Assembly (NCBI RefSeq): GCF_006345805.1
Contig: NC_043000.1
Coordinates: forward strand, 99,076,001-99,140,000
DNA: 64,000 nt
Reading direction: 5' to 3'
From: Octopus sinensis
Lineage: Eukaryota
The notes under the pieces are model-generated. The model did no database searches. It was not told the DNA's origin and saw only the letters and a program-made list of their open reading frames with translations. Shown here in pieces: positions 38,701 to 52,974 of the stretch. Within the stretch, counting starts at the first letter, position 1. Each line of letters starts with the position of its first letter. The position numbers and the translations under genes were made by a program.

Positions 38701-38884
38701 ATATTGTGTCTGGGGAGAATCATTCTTATTATTTAACACAATCACCAATTCGATTTCCACTCATTTACTTATTTTTTATACAATTCTCATTGCATCTAGC
38801 AACCTTTTCAATATATATACTCGTTGAGTCTTGCAACTTTTTCAATATATATAAGTTCCCCTCCGAGTCACGAGTCTAGGTAAG

Positions 38885-39145
38885 GTTGTTTAAGGAAGGC
38901 CAGCAGTCGCCCATGCATACCAGCATCCCCTCTCCACACCATTGATGTTATCCAATGCAAAGGCAAAGGCCGATACAGCTTAGCACAAGTTATGTCGCAA
39001 CTCGTTTCTAAAGCTGAGTTAATTGGAGCAACGTGAAATAAAGTGTCTTGCTCAAGAACACAACACGCAGCCCGGTCCGGGAGTCGAACTCAAAAACCCC
39101 AGATCGTAAGCTCGTCGCTCTAACCACTGAACCATGAGCCTTCAC
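38885..39145 (-). mobile_element. tRNA-derived SINE (family C)
   Basis: Head gtgaaggctcatggttcagtggttagagcg...gagttcgactccc, body ttcttgagcaagacacttt. Confidence 0.85.
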
Positions 39146-39236
39146 ATAATTATATGTATATATAAATATATATATATATATATAAATATATATATCATGT
39201 ATATATATGTGTGTGTGTATATATATATATATATAT

Positions 39237-39353
39237 CACGTGATCATGTGACCGACCAGACTATCAGATGTTGTTACACATCGCTGGTCACAATGCGTTC
39301 GCATTGTTTTAGCCTTTGAATGACGCCACCCCGCTGGCTAAGCGAGCAGGCCA
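39237..39353 (-). mobile_element. SINE family D, 3' fragment
   Basis: Matches 14241-14360. Confidence 0.85.
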
Positions 39354-39359
39354 ATATAT

Positions 39360-39406
<47 letters not shown>

Positions 39407-39505
39407 TATATATATATGAATAAAAAATGGAGTTAACGCAGGTTTAAACAAGTATTTTTACTTTCGACACATGTTTCGAAAATTCCACTGATAAAAATAC
39501 ACTCA

Positions 39506-39538
<33 letters not shown>

Positions 39539-41229
39539 ATATATATATATATAATATATATATATGTATGTATGTATTATGTATGTATGTATGCATGTAT
39601 CTATACCATTTTTATTGGTTTGGTCTCATAGAAGGGATGTACCCGTTGCCTTCTGCAAAATGAATGAATTAATATGCTTGTAAATAAAATTGGCAAGCAT
39701 TAGTACCATAATGTACTAAAACCTGACAGTATAATTTTAAACGACCAAGAATGATGCATCATATAAAAAACCGGAAAACGATTTGTTTTAAAGTAATCGA
39801 CTTCATTGTTTGATTGAACTTAACAATTAAAATAAAATGCGTGCAAAGCAGTTAAACCCGAGAACAATACATGTATATTTCAGAAGGAAAACCATAACAT
39901 TGATGTTATTATATCTGTGCCCTTTTTAATGTGCATTTGTGCGTGTGTGTATGCCTGTGTGAAACAGTATGTGTGTGTTTTTGATTTTAAATAAACACGT
40001 ACTTTATGAGACGTCATGCAGTGATGAATCAATGTTGAAGAATTTAAAATTTAATTGTAAAAAAAGGTTTCTGCGATTTGTTGTTTTAGAAAAAATAGCC
40101 GAATAGTGAAATAAAAGAAATCGACTGGCGTAAATAACATATAATCTATGGTTATTAGCCAAAACCATGGAAGCAGTTATTTTACTATCGTTTAGTCAAA
40201 AAAGTGGATGGAAAAATAGGAAGGGGTCGCAAATCATGAGTTACTACATTAGGAACCATCGTATCATGGTATCGATTTATCCTGACTCAGGCCCAAGGTT
40301 TGTCTGCAATGCATGCAAGCAACAGAGTGAATTCAGCTAAAGATACGTAAGAACTGAACGGTGGCGTTCAAGAGATTGAGGTGTTAAGTCTCTCTGTCAC
40401 CCGCTCGTTATTCTTATTGTCTGATTCCTTTAACCATCCCCTGAAGGTAGGCTGTTTCATATCGTCGTATTAGCAATTCTGTGCTACGTCTGTAGTTATA
40501 GGAATAGGTCACAATTCCATCATAAGCTGCATTTGGTTTAATGATGTTGATGATAATTAAGGTGGTCTTAATGTCCTTAGTGGTGATGATGGTGGTCGTC
40601 GTGATGATGGTGGCGATGATTATGATCATGATGATGATCATGATCTTGGTGGTGGTGGAAGTAGTATTAATAGTAGTAATGATTGTGTGGTGGCAGTGGT
40701 AACAATGTCATCGATGACGACGATGATGCTAATGACAACAGTCTTTGTTGGCGTAGTCTTCCTACGACAAAAAGGGATACCTTCGATAGCGTAAAAGAAT
40801 ATTTCCCAGTTGTGCAATATCGGTGTTTTCGTTAGACTCGTTGATGAAGTCACGAATTACAACAAAAGGACTCTGAAAACCAATCGACTGATTTATCGAC
40901 CGAACGAGTAATGAAACAATTGATTAGTAAATTGGTTAATTGGTTAACTAATTGCCAAATAATAATAAAATTCAGTAAAATAGAACCATTGAACATACTT
41001 TTCTTATTGGCAAAAGGGCCGTCGCAGGATAGAACAAACTAGCGTTTATATCCTAACATAAAAAACGAAATTCCTTTCTGTAGGCAGTGTAGGCAAATAA
41101 CAAGGTCGATTTGATCGACTAAACCGATCAAGACGGTGCCCCAGTGGAGCTGCATTCCTATGACCGAAACAAGTAAAGGCATAAAAGAATAAAACATTGT
41201 CAATAATGATAAATACAGATGATCTGTTT

Positions 41230-41390
41230 GTGATATCACAGTCAAATAAATGCCGCCGGGGTCGGCTTTTCCTTTCATCTTTTCCGGGTCGATAAAATAT
41301 CTACCAGTTGAAAACTGAGATCGATGTAATCGATTTGCCCTCTCCCCACGATATTGCTAGCCTTGTGCCAAAATTTGAAACCAGTATTGC
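41230..41390 (+). mobile_element. SINE family B-related 3' part
   Basis: gccggggtcggcttttcctttcatc...gatcgatgtaatcga...ccttgtgccaaaatttgaaa. Confidence 0.7.
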
Positions 41391-41464
41391 TGTCAACTAA
41401 TTCCCTCCAGTATTGCAAAACCACTTTACAATGATATTATTCAGCTTCTAGCGATATATTCTTT

Positions 41465-41645
41465 TATTCTTTTATTTGTTTCAGTCATTTGACTGCGGTC
41501 ATGCTAGAGCACCGCCGTTAGTCGAACGGATCGACTCCAGAGCTTATTCTTTGTAAGCCCTGTAATTATCCTATCAGTCTTCCCACTAAGTTACGAGGAC
41601 GTAAACGTAAGGGGACAAATACAGACACACAAACACATACATATG
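41465..41645 (-). mobile_element. SINE family A, 3' half
   Basis: tttcagtcatttgactgcggtcatgctagagcaccgcc is the reverse complement of the family A tail. Confidence 0.8.
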
Positions 41646-41980
41646 TTTTAGTAGAGTCTTCTAAAATGAATTCACAAACACACATGTAGCATCCAAAGAT
41701 ACATCTTTTTTCCTCTGATTTTATGCTCGTGTCGCATAAATGTAAATTTGATCTTTATTGAGTATTAATAGAAACAGCTGTGAATGAAGATGACCAATTT
41801 GCAGTTAATAATAAACAATTAACTTCCCAATCTCCATTTTCTTCTTTTAAATGAATAAAAACTAAATGTTTTTATATATATATACCTATTAATTTAAGGA
41901 AATTCATTCCTCCAAAACATCCATTATTTCCTTGGATGAAACCATCCCTTCATAAAGTTAATACAACCTCTAATTAATTA

Positions 41981-42087
<107 letters not shown>

Positions 42088-42164
42088 TCCTTTATTCATT
42101 TGCTTGTTTCAGTCATTCTACTGTTGCCATGCTGAAGCACCACCATAATAATAAAATATGTGAG

Positions 42165-42278
42165 ATGCTTACAGCATATAGGTTTCGCAAGCGGTCATCC
42201 AAGTACTAACTAAACTCGACTTTGCTTAACTTGGGTGATCGGACGAGAACCGGTGCATTCGACGTGATAAAACCGTAT
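42165..42278 (-). pseudogene. 5S rRNA pseudogene or 5S-derived SINE head
   Basis: Minus strand acggttttatcacgtcgaatgcaccggttctcgtccgatcacccaagttaagcaaagtcgagtttagttagtacttggatg-accgcttgcgaaacctatatgctgtaagcat follows metazoan 5S over ~115 nt, with substitutions and a ~4-nt deletion in box C. Confidence 0.9.
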
Positions 42279-44519
42279 GTATGTATGTATGTATGTATGT
42301 ATGTATGTATGTATGTATGTATGTATGTATGTATGTATGTATGTGTGTATGCATGTGTGTATGTATGTATATGTGTGTGCGTGCTTATGAATGCAGGTAG
42401 GTCTACATGTTTAAGAAGTTTGTTTCCAAAAATATACCACCTTCTTCGATTGCTCCTCGTGACACCAAGACACAGATTTTTTAAAATTCTAATGCTTCGA
42501 GTTGACTATTATCTTAACACCTTACATGAGAAACTAACTATATTTACTCCTGGCCGTCTCATATTAGAACTATACTCCTATAGCTGCTTAATCAGAAATT
42601 AACAGGCTGCTGTAAATTTGCCTCACATATTCGAGTATAACACTTAAATTCTACTGTTTCTTTGACTGAGTCAACCCCAAGTCCATGGATAAAAATAACT
42701 ATCAATTAGAATGTATTATATAACTAGCGGGTGTTTTGTTGTGTCGCCCAGCTAAGCTTGAATTCTAATCAATGACCAGCATTGTACGTTCTTGAAACCA
42801 TATCGTGGATCAATTTTGCCTCACAGTTTCTTTATCAAAATAGAATAAGTAGCAGTAATATACTAAGATTATATAGTTGCTTTAGCAGTCAAATAACCAA
42901 CAAAATTTATAGGTTTACGTTGGCTGAAATACATTATTAAGATCGTTATTAGTTATTGATTTCTAAAACTGAGTCGATTACATCAAACCCACTACTTGAC
43001 AAGTACATAGTTTATATTCTACACCCTGAAAAGGATGAAAGGCAGAGTAGATCATAGCAGGAATTGAAATCACTGCGTAAATTCACGTAATGAAATATCG
43101 CAAAGCATTTATTTATATTGGTTATCAACCCTGTACTCTTCTCACACTCGTTGCGTTCATGTAACTAAGGAGGTGGTGTTTAATATGACTGACTGGCTGA
43201 CCTGCTGACTACTTTGGCATTCCAACAACGTAAGGAAAGAAGTAATGCAATGTGAGATTTCAGATATTAAAAGCCCTGTTTATTAAACATTCCGTTACTC
43301 AGGGCAACAAGACATTTCACTGATAAATGAGGAAAGTTAAAATGGCGAAATATATATCCCCCTCCTCTTGAAAAAAAATGTTGATTTTGTGCCAGACCAA
43401 ATAAAAATATAATTAATATTGGAAATATTGATTCGCAAAAGGCCACAAATTAGTTGGGAGTGAGTGAGAGCTATGATCAATTGACTGCCTCTTTTTTAAT
43501 TTTATCGATACCGGTAATTTGAAAGACAAAAGACGGTATTTGAGCTCAAAACTGACGGATGAAACTAATTTCTCCAAATTCTCTTCCACTTCACTACCTC
43601 TGAAAAAATAATGAAGTAGAATGTAACAGAAACTGCAATTCTATTGAACTGAAGATTTACAGTGCTTTAACCAATGGTGTAACTACACCATGCTAACTAC
43701 ACTATACTTAATTTGATTAAACTTCATTACATTTGTCGATATTATAAATACAACCTCTTAGGCCAGCTTCACTTTTCATTCTCACAGGGTCCGAAATATA
43801 CAGTAATTGTTAGGCTTTGTTCCTATGTTAGAAAGAAATCAGTTTTAACAATACACATGCTTGGCAGAAGCTAGTCGAACTGTAACAAAACACACTGCGG
43901 TAATTTAGTACTGATCTTTACTTTCCAATATCGAATGCCTTCAAGGCTAACATTGCTTTTCACCTTTCCGGGCTTTATAAAATATAATACTAATCATGTA
44001 TTGTAGTAAATTTAATTAAAGTTTATCTGTCTCCGAAACAGCATTGCTTTGTTCTTATGACAATAATCAATATTCAAATCACTCAAAGAAAATGGATTGA
44101 CAGAATCGGTAGTGCGTTGGACAATATGCTTTGGGTTATTTAGTTCTGATATTTCACATTTAGTTTAAATTCCGTGGAGATCCAATTGTGCCTTTCACCC
44201 AATAAGAAGTCAACAAAATAAAGCACTGTTTAAACTATTGGGGAGATATACTTAACTATATTTCTTTCAGAAATTATGTGTTCTTGTGATTAAGTTAACA
44301 ATATGAAAAATAAATGCAAAACTAGTTGAGCAGTATCTGAGGAGCATCTGTCAGATTTTTTTTTGCAGAATTTAGTTACGTTCTAAATGTTCTATGCAAT
44401 TTCGAGTCTGGTCTACTTTGCTTTTAATCATACAGAAGCTTGATAACATTAGTATCTGCTAAGCACTGACTTCGATTTAATAAACTATAACTTCTTCCCT
44501 GTCTACTCCTTCTTTGGCA

Positions 44520-44645
44520 AATTGGTACAGTCGTTAAAGCGTTGGAAAGAATGCCCCGTGGTATTTACTGCGACACTCGGCTCACAGAGTTCAAATCATT
44601 CTAAAGTCAGCTTTGCTTTTCATCCTTTCGAGGTCGACAAAAGTA
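44520..44645 (+). mobile_element. Degenerate SINE family B
   Basis: gagttcaaatcattctaaagtcagctttgcttttcatcctttcgaggtcgac. Confidence 0.65.
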
Positions 44646-45199
44646 GTTCCAGTTCCGGGCCGGATGAGGCGCTTCGTGATATTTGTTCCAGATCTTTGCG
44701 TTTTGATTATAAGCTGCACCATACTATTATTTCTGGTAAATGAGTAAAACGTTACTCCATAATATGCGAATTTTCAGGTCTCCGGTAGATGTAACTGTGG
44801 TGGTTAATTGAACCATTTAGTTTAAATCTAGATTTATCACTCCAAATACTACTGATCAAATATCAGATCAAATACTACAGGCAAAACTCTACTCTTCGGT
44901 CCGGATCAACTTGAGAGTACAAACTGTGATGAATGCTTGGTTTTGAATTTCCTATTTTATGATCGCTTGCCGCAATACGTTCCTCGTACACTTTCTGGCT
45001 TTGTGGGGCTCGTCGATGTCAGCAGTCTTTCGGAACATGTCTTGTGGCCATTCAGCAAAATTATGCAAGATATTTCTCAAGATCAAAGTGTGAATTTGCT
45101 TTTGTTATTTACATTCCAGTGATGGATATTTCTATGTTTGTTAGAAACGAACTCCTTCCTTGGAGGAAAATTTCAAGTTACTCAATATTGAAGAGAACA

Positions 45200-45368
45200 T
45201 ACATACGTACATACATAAATACACACATATATACATGCATACATACATGCATACATACATACATACATACATGCATACATACATGCATACATACATACAT
45301 ACATACATACATACATACATACATACATACATACATACATACATACATACATACATACATACATACAT
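45200..45368. repeat. (TACA)n microsatellite
   Basis: Directly visible. Confidence 0.95.
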
Positions 45369-46015
45369 GGGACTCTCCTGTTGATTTCGACGTATACGAG
45401 TTTAGCAGTATTTTTTGTTTGTTTTTTTTTCTTTTGTTTTAGTTCTAATGTCTCTGCCTTTTATGAGATTTTAATCCAGCCAACGATTTACAGACAAGTC
45501 CACAAACATACATGCAAAACTACATACAGACAGACATAAATACTTACATACATACACATACACACATTGTATATAGACTATAAGTTGTAAGATTTGAAAA
45601 GTTATGCGTGACGAGGTTTATACATAAATGTGAGTATGAATGTGAGTGTATGTGTGTGAGTGTGTGTGTGTGCTGGATTATTTATAGCAATTTATGGAAA
45701 TAATAGAAGCTTAATCGTATGGCTATAAATAATACGGAGACAGGAACTCGCACACATGAACATATATACAAGCACACAAACAGCATCTTAGATAAGACAA
45801 TGGCGAAAGATAAAAATTACAGAAACAGGTCTCCAAATAAACATATATGCATGAACATATAATGCTTGTGGGTAGCATGGGAGCAGAGGGTGTGTAAATG
45901 TACGTGTGATTTCCATTAGTTGATAGTGGTCATAATTTCAAGTCAAATGAGAATATTTTAGCATCAGTTCGTTATCAACGACAGCGTATACAAATATCTA
46001 CCATACGTAGGCATT

Positions 46016-46670
46016 TACGAGTTGCTTTCAAAAAGTATTCGACTATATTGTTTACCCTCAGAACTAATATCATGTGGGCAAAATTCTTTGGTATCACTTA
46101 CCGACTATTATGTCTAGAGTCTAGAATATATACGTGCAGTGCTCGCTCGTCGGATTTTCGTTTTAAGGCAAGATGACCGAACGCATCGAGTAGAGATATT
46201 TTATCACATTTTCGCAAAAGCTTCGTGATAATCAAGCTCAAGCTACCCAGAAGATTCAGCAGGTCTTTGGCGATGACGCCATGGGGAAAACTCAGATCAA
46301 AGAGTGGTAAGACCGCTTCAAACATGGCCGTACCTCAGTAGAAAGAGAAAGAGGCATGCTCAGGCAGGCCATCTACAAGCCGAAACGAGGACCCAATGGA
46401 GAATGTTCTACGAATAGTCGGGGAAGACCGTTGTGTAGCAATCCAGGAAATTGCTAACGAAGTGGGAATAAGCACAAGTTCAGTGCATTCCATTTTAACG
46501 GAGGATTCATGTATATGGGAAGTGTTGGCGAAATTCGTCCCAAAGCTGCTACCGGCACAGTAGAAGCAACTCAGGATGCAAATCGCTCAGGACATGCTAG
46601 ACTGTGAAAACCGAGGTCCAGACTTCATGAAAACGATCATTAGTTGTGATGAGATTTGGGTTTATGGTTT
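46016..46670 (+). mobile_element. Mariner 5' fragment (TIR + N-terminal transposase up to the first catalytic D)
   Basis: ATG at 46173: MTERIE*RYFITF..KL...QKIQQVFGDDAMGKTQIKEW*DRFKHGRTSVE, GRPSTSRN, IQEIANEVGIS..SVHSILTED, AKFVPKLL, FMKTIISCDEIWVYG. Confidence 0.9.
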
Positions 46671-46827
46671 CTGCTCAATGCATTCGGTCATGTTGCGTGG
46701 AAACAAGAAAAGTAACAGGTGAGAACTGTCTAAACCTGCCGGAGCGAAAATTTTCTCTTCTCGCTTTGAGCTTCAATTCAACCAGGATCTTTCTAGAAGT
46801 CACTCCTGTTCAAAATTGGAGAAACAG

Positions 46828-46971
<144 letters not shown>

Positions 46972-47090
46972 AGAGAGAGAAAGAGTGTGTGAGAGAGAGA
47001 TAGAGAGGGAGAGGTATTAAGAGGTTCTAAATGCACAAGGTATACTACAATATGGTACCTCTAAGTGTTCTGTAGGGGTTGTGAGAGGAG

Positions 47091-47124
<34 letters not shown>

Positions 47125-47943
47125 TGTATGTATGTATGTATGTTTGTATGTATGTATGTATGTATGTATGTATGTATGTATGTATGCATGCATATATGTA
47201 TGTATGTATTTATATGTATTGGCAAAGGTGTATTTGCAATTATTTCTACTTCCTAAGTAACTTTTCGGGACCGCAGTATTTTACATAAAGTAAATTTGTT
47301 ACAACAATTAGTTTTGGCCAATTTGCGTCTCATTATTCAGAGATTCATATAGATGCAACTGGTTTTGACAACATGAGCATCATCAGATGATACAACATTG
47401 ATAGAAGATATCCTCACATTCATCTATTATCTTTATCCCTATTTCCATACCCTGATCGCGCAAAATACCACAACGGTGCTTTCTTTGATGTTGATGAATG
47501 CATTAAAACTTGTGTCATGTATATTTTTTCTCTCCTGGTCTCCTTATTTCACTTAACTTCCTGTTTCTCCTTGTCACTATGCTGCAGATATCAACTCCCA
47601 TTTAATTTTTTATTTGCTGTTTGTGGTTTTATCACTTTTCCTACGTATAGTTTTCATCACTACGTGTATATAAACGTGTACACCAATTAAAATGTATTTT
47701 CTCCTAAAAATACCGAGGAAAAGCAGCAAAGAGTTATTGCAATCAGCTGTATACTAATGCATAAAAATGCCAGTAACGTTTTCTGTGTTTTTATTATATG
47801 GTATGGCTTGCAATCTGCACTTTAGCATACCCACCAATGTGTACTTTAATACACAGCACGTACGATATACGAGTTTATTGTTGAACCGATAACCATTAAA
47901 AATGTGTCGTGTATGTTCTACACATTTACACACACACACACAC

Positions 47944-47988
<45 letters not shown>

Positions 47989-48224
47989 ATATATATATTA
48001 ATATATATATATATATATATATAATACTATATATTATATATATATATATTATATATATACATCTAGCCAAATTTTGAACATATGTGAAATTATAATTTTT
48101 ATATTATATGCTCAGTTACATTTGAGTCGAATTGTATTTGGGCATCATAATTTAAAGTTTGGTCGCAAATCTTTCGCCATGTTGGACTACTGAACCCAAA
48201 GGTTTTTTTTTTCATTTTCTATTC

Positions 48225-48360
48225 ATTTCCTCGTATTCCTTACCGTCGAAGAGCGTAGGCTCGAAACGTAAAAGACTTCCAGTTTTCTAGAGCGTCAAAC
48301 TAATACACATGCTTGTTCCTACACCAGCCTTCGTCTTTTGTTTTTCTGTAAATTTCAACT
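48225..48360 (+). mobile_element. Solo pLTR-like repeat (second PLE family)
   Basis: ccgtcgaagagcgtaggctcgaaacgtaaaagac. Confidence 0.75.
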
Positions 48361-49275
48361 ATATATATATATATATAATATATATATATACACGCGCGTG
48401 TATTAACTTACGTTTAGTACATATACGGACGTGTATGTATTGAGACATATTTTGCTCAAAAAGGAGAGCCGAGACTGGCCTTGAAATGTATTTCTTTATA
48501 CACATGCTGGTAGTGGATATCACAATCTGATTCTATATCTAAAATACATCAAGTGAAAATTTCGTTATTTTAAATGTTATTGGTTCTCATGTATAATCTT
48601 ACACAGTGTTCACAGTATTCCGTATTAGTTAGAATTCAGAGCTATATAATAGCATATAATCTATGAATTAGAAGAAATCAAATAAGAAAATGGTCGCGTT
48701 CCCTATAAATAGAGAAGAAATGTTTATTTTGAAAATTAGCTTTGACACTGATATATAGAAGCACATGCACATACACACGTAAACAAATACCACTGCGTTA
48801 CACAAAAAGGCTTTATATATACATACATCATATGTATAGTGTATGTATTATATGTATATATATCTTATATAATATATATTAATATATATATATATATATA
48901 GTATATATATATATAATATAAAAAAACAGAACCAGAAGTGGAACGGAACGACGAACGGAACGACCTTCCGTTTCATCGTCTTATTGTGATGTCCCTGTCT
49001 CACGTATAATTATTTATATGCATGTATATATACATGTAGATGTAGGTTACTACATATATGTTTGTATGTATGCATATATTTTTTATTTTCACCTATATAT
49101 ATATATAATATATATATATATCTATATATATCTATATATATATCTATAATATATATATATATATATAATATATATAAAATCTCAGGGTAGCAAGAATATT
49201 TATCGAAAAAATTCTTAGCTGCCAGTGGTCAAGCGAGAAAGAAAACATTTAGTCAATAGACTATACATTATTCAA

Positions 49276-49458
49276 AGAAGAATACAGTGTACAGTCGAAC
49301 ACATAAGAGATACCCAGAAAATGGGATATCTGACTCACTAGAAAGAGCAGTTAAACACCAAGCCACTAATTGCTGTAATTCCGAAAGTGCTCTTTCTAGT
49401 GAGTCAGATTTCCTATTTTCTGGATATCTCTTATGTGTTCGAATGTACATTGTATTCT

Positions 49459-49461
<3 letters not shown>
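49276..49461. repeat. Inverted repeat (~74-bp arms, ~38-nt loop)
   Basis: cgaacacataagagatacccagaaaatgggatatctgactcactagaaagagca vs tgctctttctagtgagtcagatttcctattttctggatatctcttatgtgttcg. Confidence 0.9.
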
Positions 49462-49490
<29 letters not shown>

Positions 49491-49495
49491 CTATA

Positions 49496-49585
<90 letters not shown>

Positions 49586-49586
49586 C

Positions 49587-49641
<55 letters not shown>

Positions 49642-50289
49642 GTATATATATATGTATGTATATATGTATTTATATGTATGTATGTATGTATGTATATATA
49701 TATATATTGCAGAGAGAGAGAGAAATATATATATATATATATAATGTTGTGTGTGTGTGTGTGTGTGTGAAATTATGGTGTTGAGACTGTTTCAAAGATA
49801 TTATAAATAAGCTTCTGTTGGTCACTCTTCAACTGACACGTATTTAACAATATCTCCAAATTGGCTTAGTGCGTGCCTACATGTACGTCTTTGTGTGGCG
49901 TATAAAGGACTTTTTGCACACATTTATGTGACGTGCATGCGTGGGAGGAATAACATTATTGTAAACATGATATATCTAAATATAATGACTTTGCTCAAAT
50001 GCCCGCACCATTAGTTTACACGTGCATCTCTTAATATGTTTATTTCTATTTGGGAGTTTACTAATTTTAAATCTTGTTTGTAATTATTTTACATTACGTG
50101 AGAGATTTATGTTCTTTTTAAAGGTTTTGCATGTCTATGCTGAAAATGTTCCTGTGATAATACACACACAGACATACACACATGTATATATATGTGTGTG
50201 CGTATGTGTGTGTGTGTGCATATATATGTATATATATATATATGTATGCATATAAGATTGTTCTTTATATCAAGTTTTTGTTCTTGATA

Positions 50290-51070
50290 TTAATTCTCAC
50301 GCGCACTCTTAACCTTTCTGTCCCATCCCTTTCTCAGCCTTCATTCTTTGTTTTCCTTTTCCTCTACTTAACTTGTCTCTTCCTCTCTCTCATTCTTCAC
50401 TCTCTCTCTCCCCCTCTCCATTCTTCATGGTTTCCTCGCAGCCATTCCCCTTCTCCTCTCCCTTTCTCTTGCTCCTCCTCCCCCCTTCCCGTCGTTCACC
50501 CACGACGTCACTTCCGCTGCTGTCTCTCTCGCCTGGCTCTTTCAAGGTAATAGACGACACTCTTTTTTCTCCGCTCGTCGTCCATAACAAATTCTGCGTT
50601 TGCAATACATTTTTTCGTTCGGCGTCAACAGCTCTTCTTATCTTGTTTTCCTTGTCCTGTCTTATACTGTTTACAATTTGCACTGTCGTTACTGTCCTGT
50701 TGTTACTATTTTTTACACCTCTGCGAAAAGATCTCGGAATTTTAATTGATTTGCTTTTCGCAGGAAGGAAAGTTTTCTTGTCGAAGACACGTCTCGCTTT
50801 TATCCTTCGAAACGTAGAGTAGATGAAAGCTTTAGCGACTGAAGAAGAGGTTTTTCCTTGTGTTAATTGTCCTGTATTCTATTTTTCTTTTTTGCTGTTT
50901 TTAAATAAATGTTCAGTTCCTTTGGTTTGTGTTTATGTTTTCGTTTTTCATTGTGTTCGACGTCCTTTTTGGTGTCCTGTACTCATATATGCGTGTATAT
51001 GTACATGTAGAGGTAGGTACGTACATATATGTTTATATATATGCATATGTTTTATTTTCTTTATTAATAT
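50290..51070 (+). repeat. Unclassified interspersed element; 3' end shared with 48930-49095
   Basis: Common tail atatgc.tgtatat.tacatgtaga.gtagg...tacatatatgttt. Confidence 0.5.
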
Positions 51071-51072
51071 AT

Positions 51073-51113
<41 letters not shown>

Positions 51114-51391
51114 ATGTATATATATATACAACTTATAAAAAAGGGCAAAAGAAAAAATTTCTAATGCCAAATATGCCGAAATTAGAAACATCGTCCATAA
51201 CCTTATAATTAATCACTATAAGCACGCGTCTCGAAGAAAACCGACAGAAATTTCTAAAAAATTCCGTTATTATCTTTTTTCTTTCGCCCTTGTTCCTTGT
51301 TTATAAGTTGTTTATAAATTTTACCTTTAAATGAATTTTTTAATATGCTGGCCATTGATAAAATTTCTTTCGAAAAATGTTATCCTATATT

Positions 51392-51452
<61 letters not shown>

Positions 51453-51664
51453 CGTGTCCGGGGTTAGTCATTCTCTTTTAGTGCCCGGTTATTTAACACA
51501 CTCACCGGTAAAGTATCCGAAGTTCCATGTTGTGAACGGAGAGATGAGTTGTGTCTATAAGCTAAGTTCTTTATTTTACGTTTCTCTAGTATACTTATTA
51601 ATGTAGGATAATGACTGAAAGAATACAATTGCGAATGTAAATTACCGATATGGGACTTTTGGGG

Positions 51665-52003
51665 GGGGATTCTGGAGTAACTTTATTTGATAAGCGACGC
51701 AGTTGGAAGATCAGAAAATCTCTCCAGGTCGAGCCGCTACTTTTCTGCATTGACATGTCACAGCTCTGGTAATACAGAGAAGTGATTAATATATCGTAGA
51801 AAAGGATTGCTAGGCAGATTCTTCAAGCCGAGCCAACTGGCAGAATGCTTTACAATAGTCCTAGAAAGTGGTGGTTGGATGATATCCATAGTCTTAGTTG
51901 GTCATGCTTGGGAATCCAGCTGGAAAGTGTTGGGACGGTTACTGCTGGTAAGGCCTAAATAGAAGATGCTTTCGGCCTCTACCCCTATGGCTCCCAATCA
52001 TGA
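51665..52003 (+). mobile_element. RTE-clade LINE 3' remnant
   Basis: LFDKRRSWKIRKSLQVEPLLFCIDMSQLW*Y...RIARQILQAEPTGR...PRKWWLDDIHSLSWSCLGI; matches the RTE C-terminus IR.SLGVEPLL..IE.SQLRW.GH...GRPR.RW.D. Confidence 0.85.
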
Positions 52004-52557
52004 ATAGTGGGGAGTGAAAAGGAATGGGTGGATGAATAACCTACCCACCTGTAATAAATACCAACCCTATGCTGGCACAGTCTTATATTCAGTTCTTACA
52101 TCCTGGATATTCCGCTGGGTCGATGTTTAGGGCACAAAGAGAGTATCTGTTTATGCTCACATCTACCTCGTAAGTACCTAAAACAACCAGTGAAAGCATG
52201 ACACATGTTACCAAGTCATATTTGCACATGAAAACTGTTGGTTGTACTTCTGTCTCAGACCATATAAGCAGAGATTTTTAATTTGGCAGCGTACATGTTT
52301 TTCACTTTTTTCATGTCTCTCTTAATACATGTTTGATGAGGAAGATCAACTGAATCGTGAGATTCTCTCTTTTTTTCCCTTCATTTGGCGCTTTTAACTT
52401 CACCATGCATTTCTTTGATCGCTTTATTTCGGTTAGCTTTATATTTCTACATGTTTACAGTTGTATGTTTTTGCTTGTCTGACTCGACATATAGTTTCCT
52501 CGTCTCCTTTTTCTTTCATTAACCTGATTATATATATATATGGAGAGAGAGTGGGAG

Positions 52558-52593
<36 letters not shown>

Positions 52594-52908
52594 ACGCGGG
52601 GAGAGGAGTAAATGTAAGGATAAGCAAGTTAGGTAAGTCGATATACAAAAATTATTAAATATTAAATATCAAAAACATTTAATACAAAATATGTACATAT
52701 CTCCAACTTACACAGAATAGAAATGATATCAGGAATTAAAGGGGTTGAATAAGAATTTTACGGGATCAATGCTGTTTCTGGGGGCTTGGTGGTCCAAAAC
52801 AATGATTATAAATTTATCCTATTCTCGTGTAATACCGGCCTCTGTCTTCGGGGAAGAAGTTTTACATTTGAGGTGTTGACAGAGTGGATATCTGTCTCTC
52901 ATTTATAA

Positions 52909-52974
<66 letters not shown>

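Noticed and set aside
38186-38879. Ser/Pro-rich and Gly-rich ORFs in the track
   Set aside because: Off-frame or antisense readings of the frameshifted PLE endonuclease remnant
50775-50850. Permuted (type II) hammerhead from gaaacgta...ctgaaga
   Set aside because: Stem I cannot pair adjacent to the core
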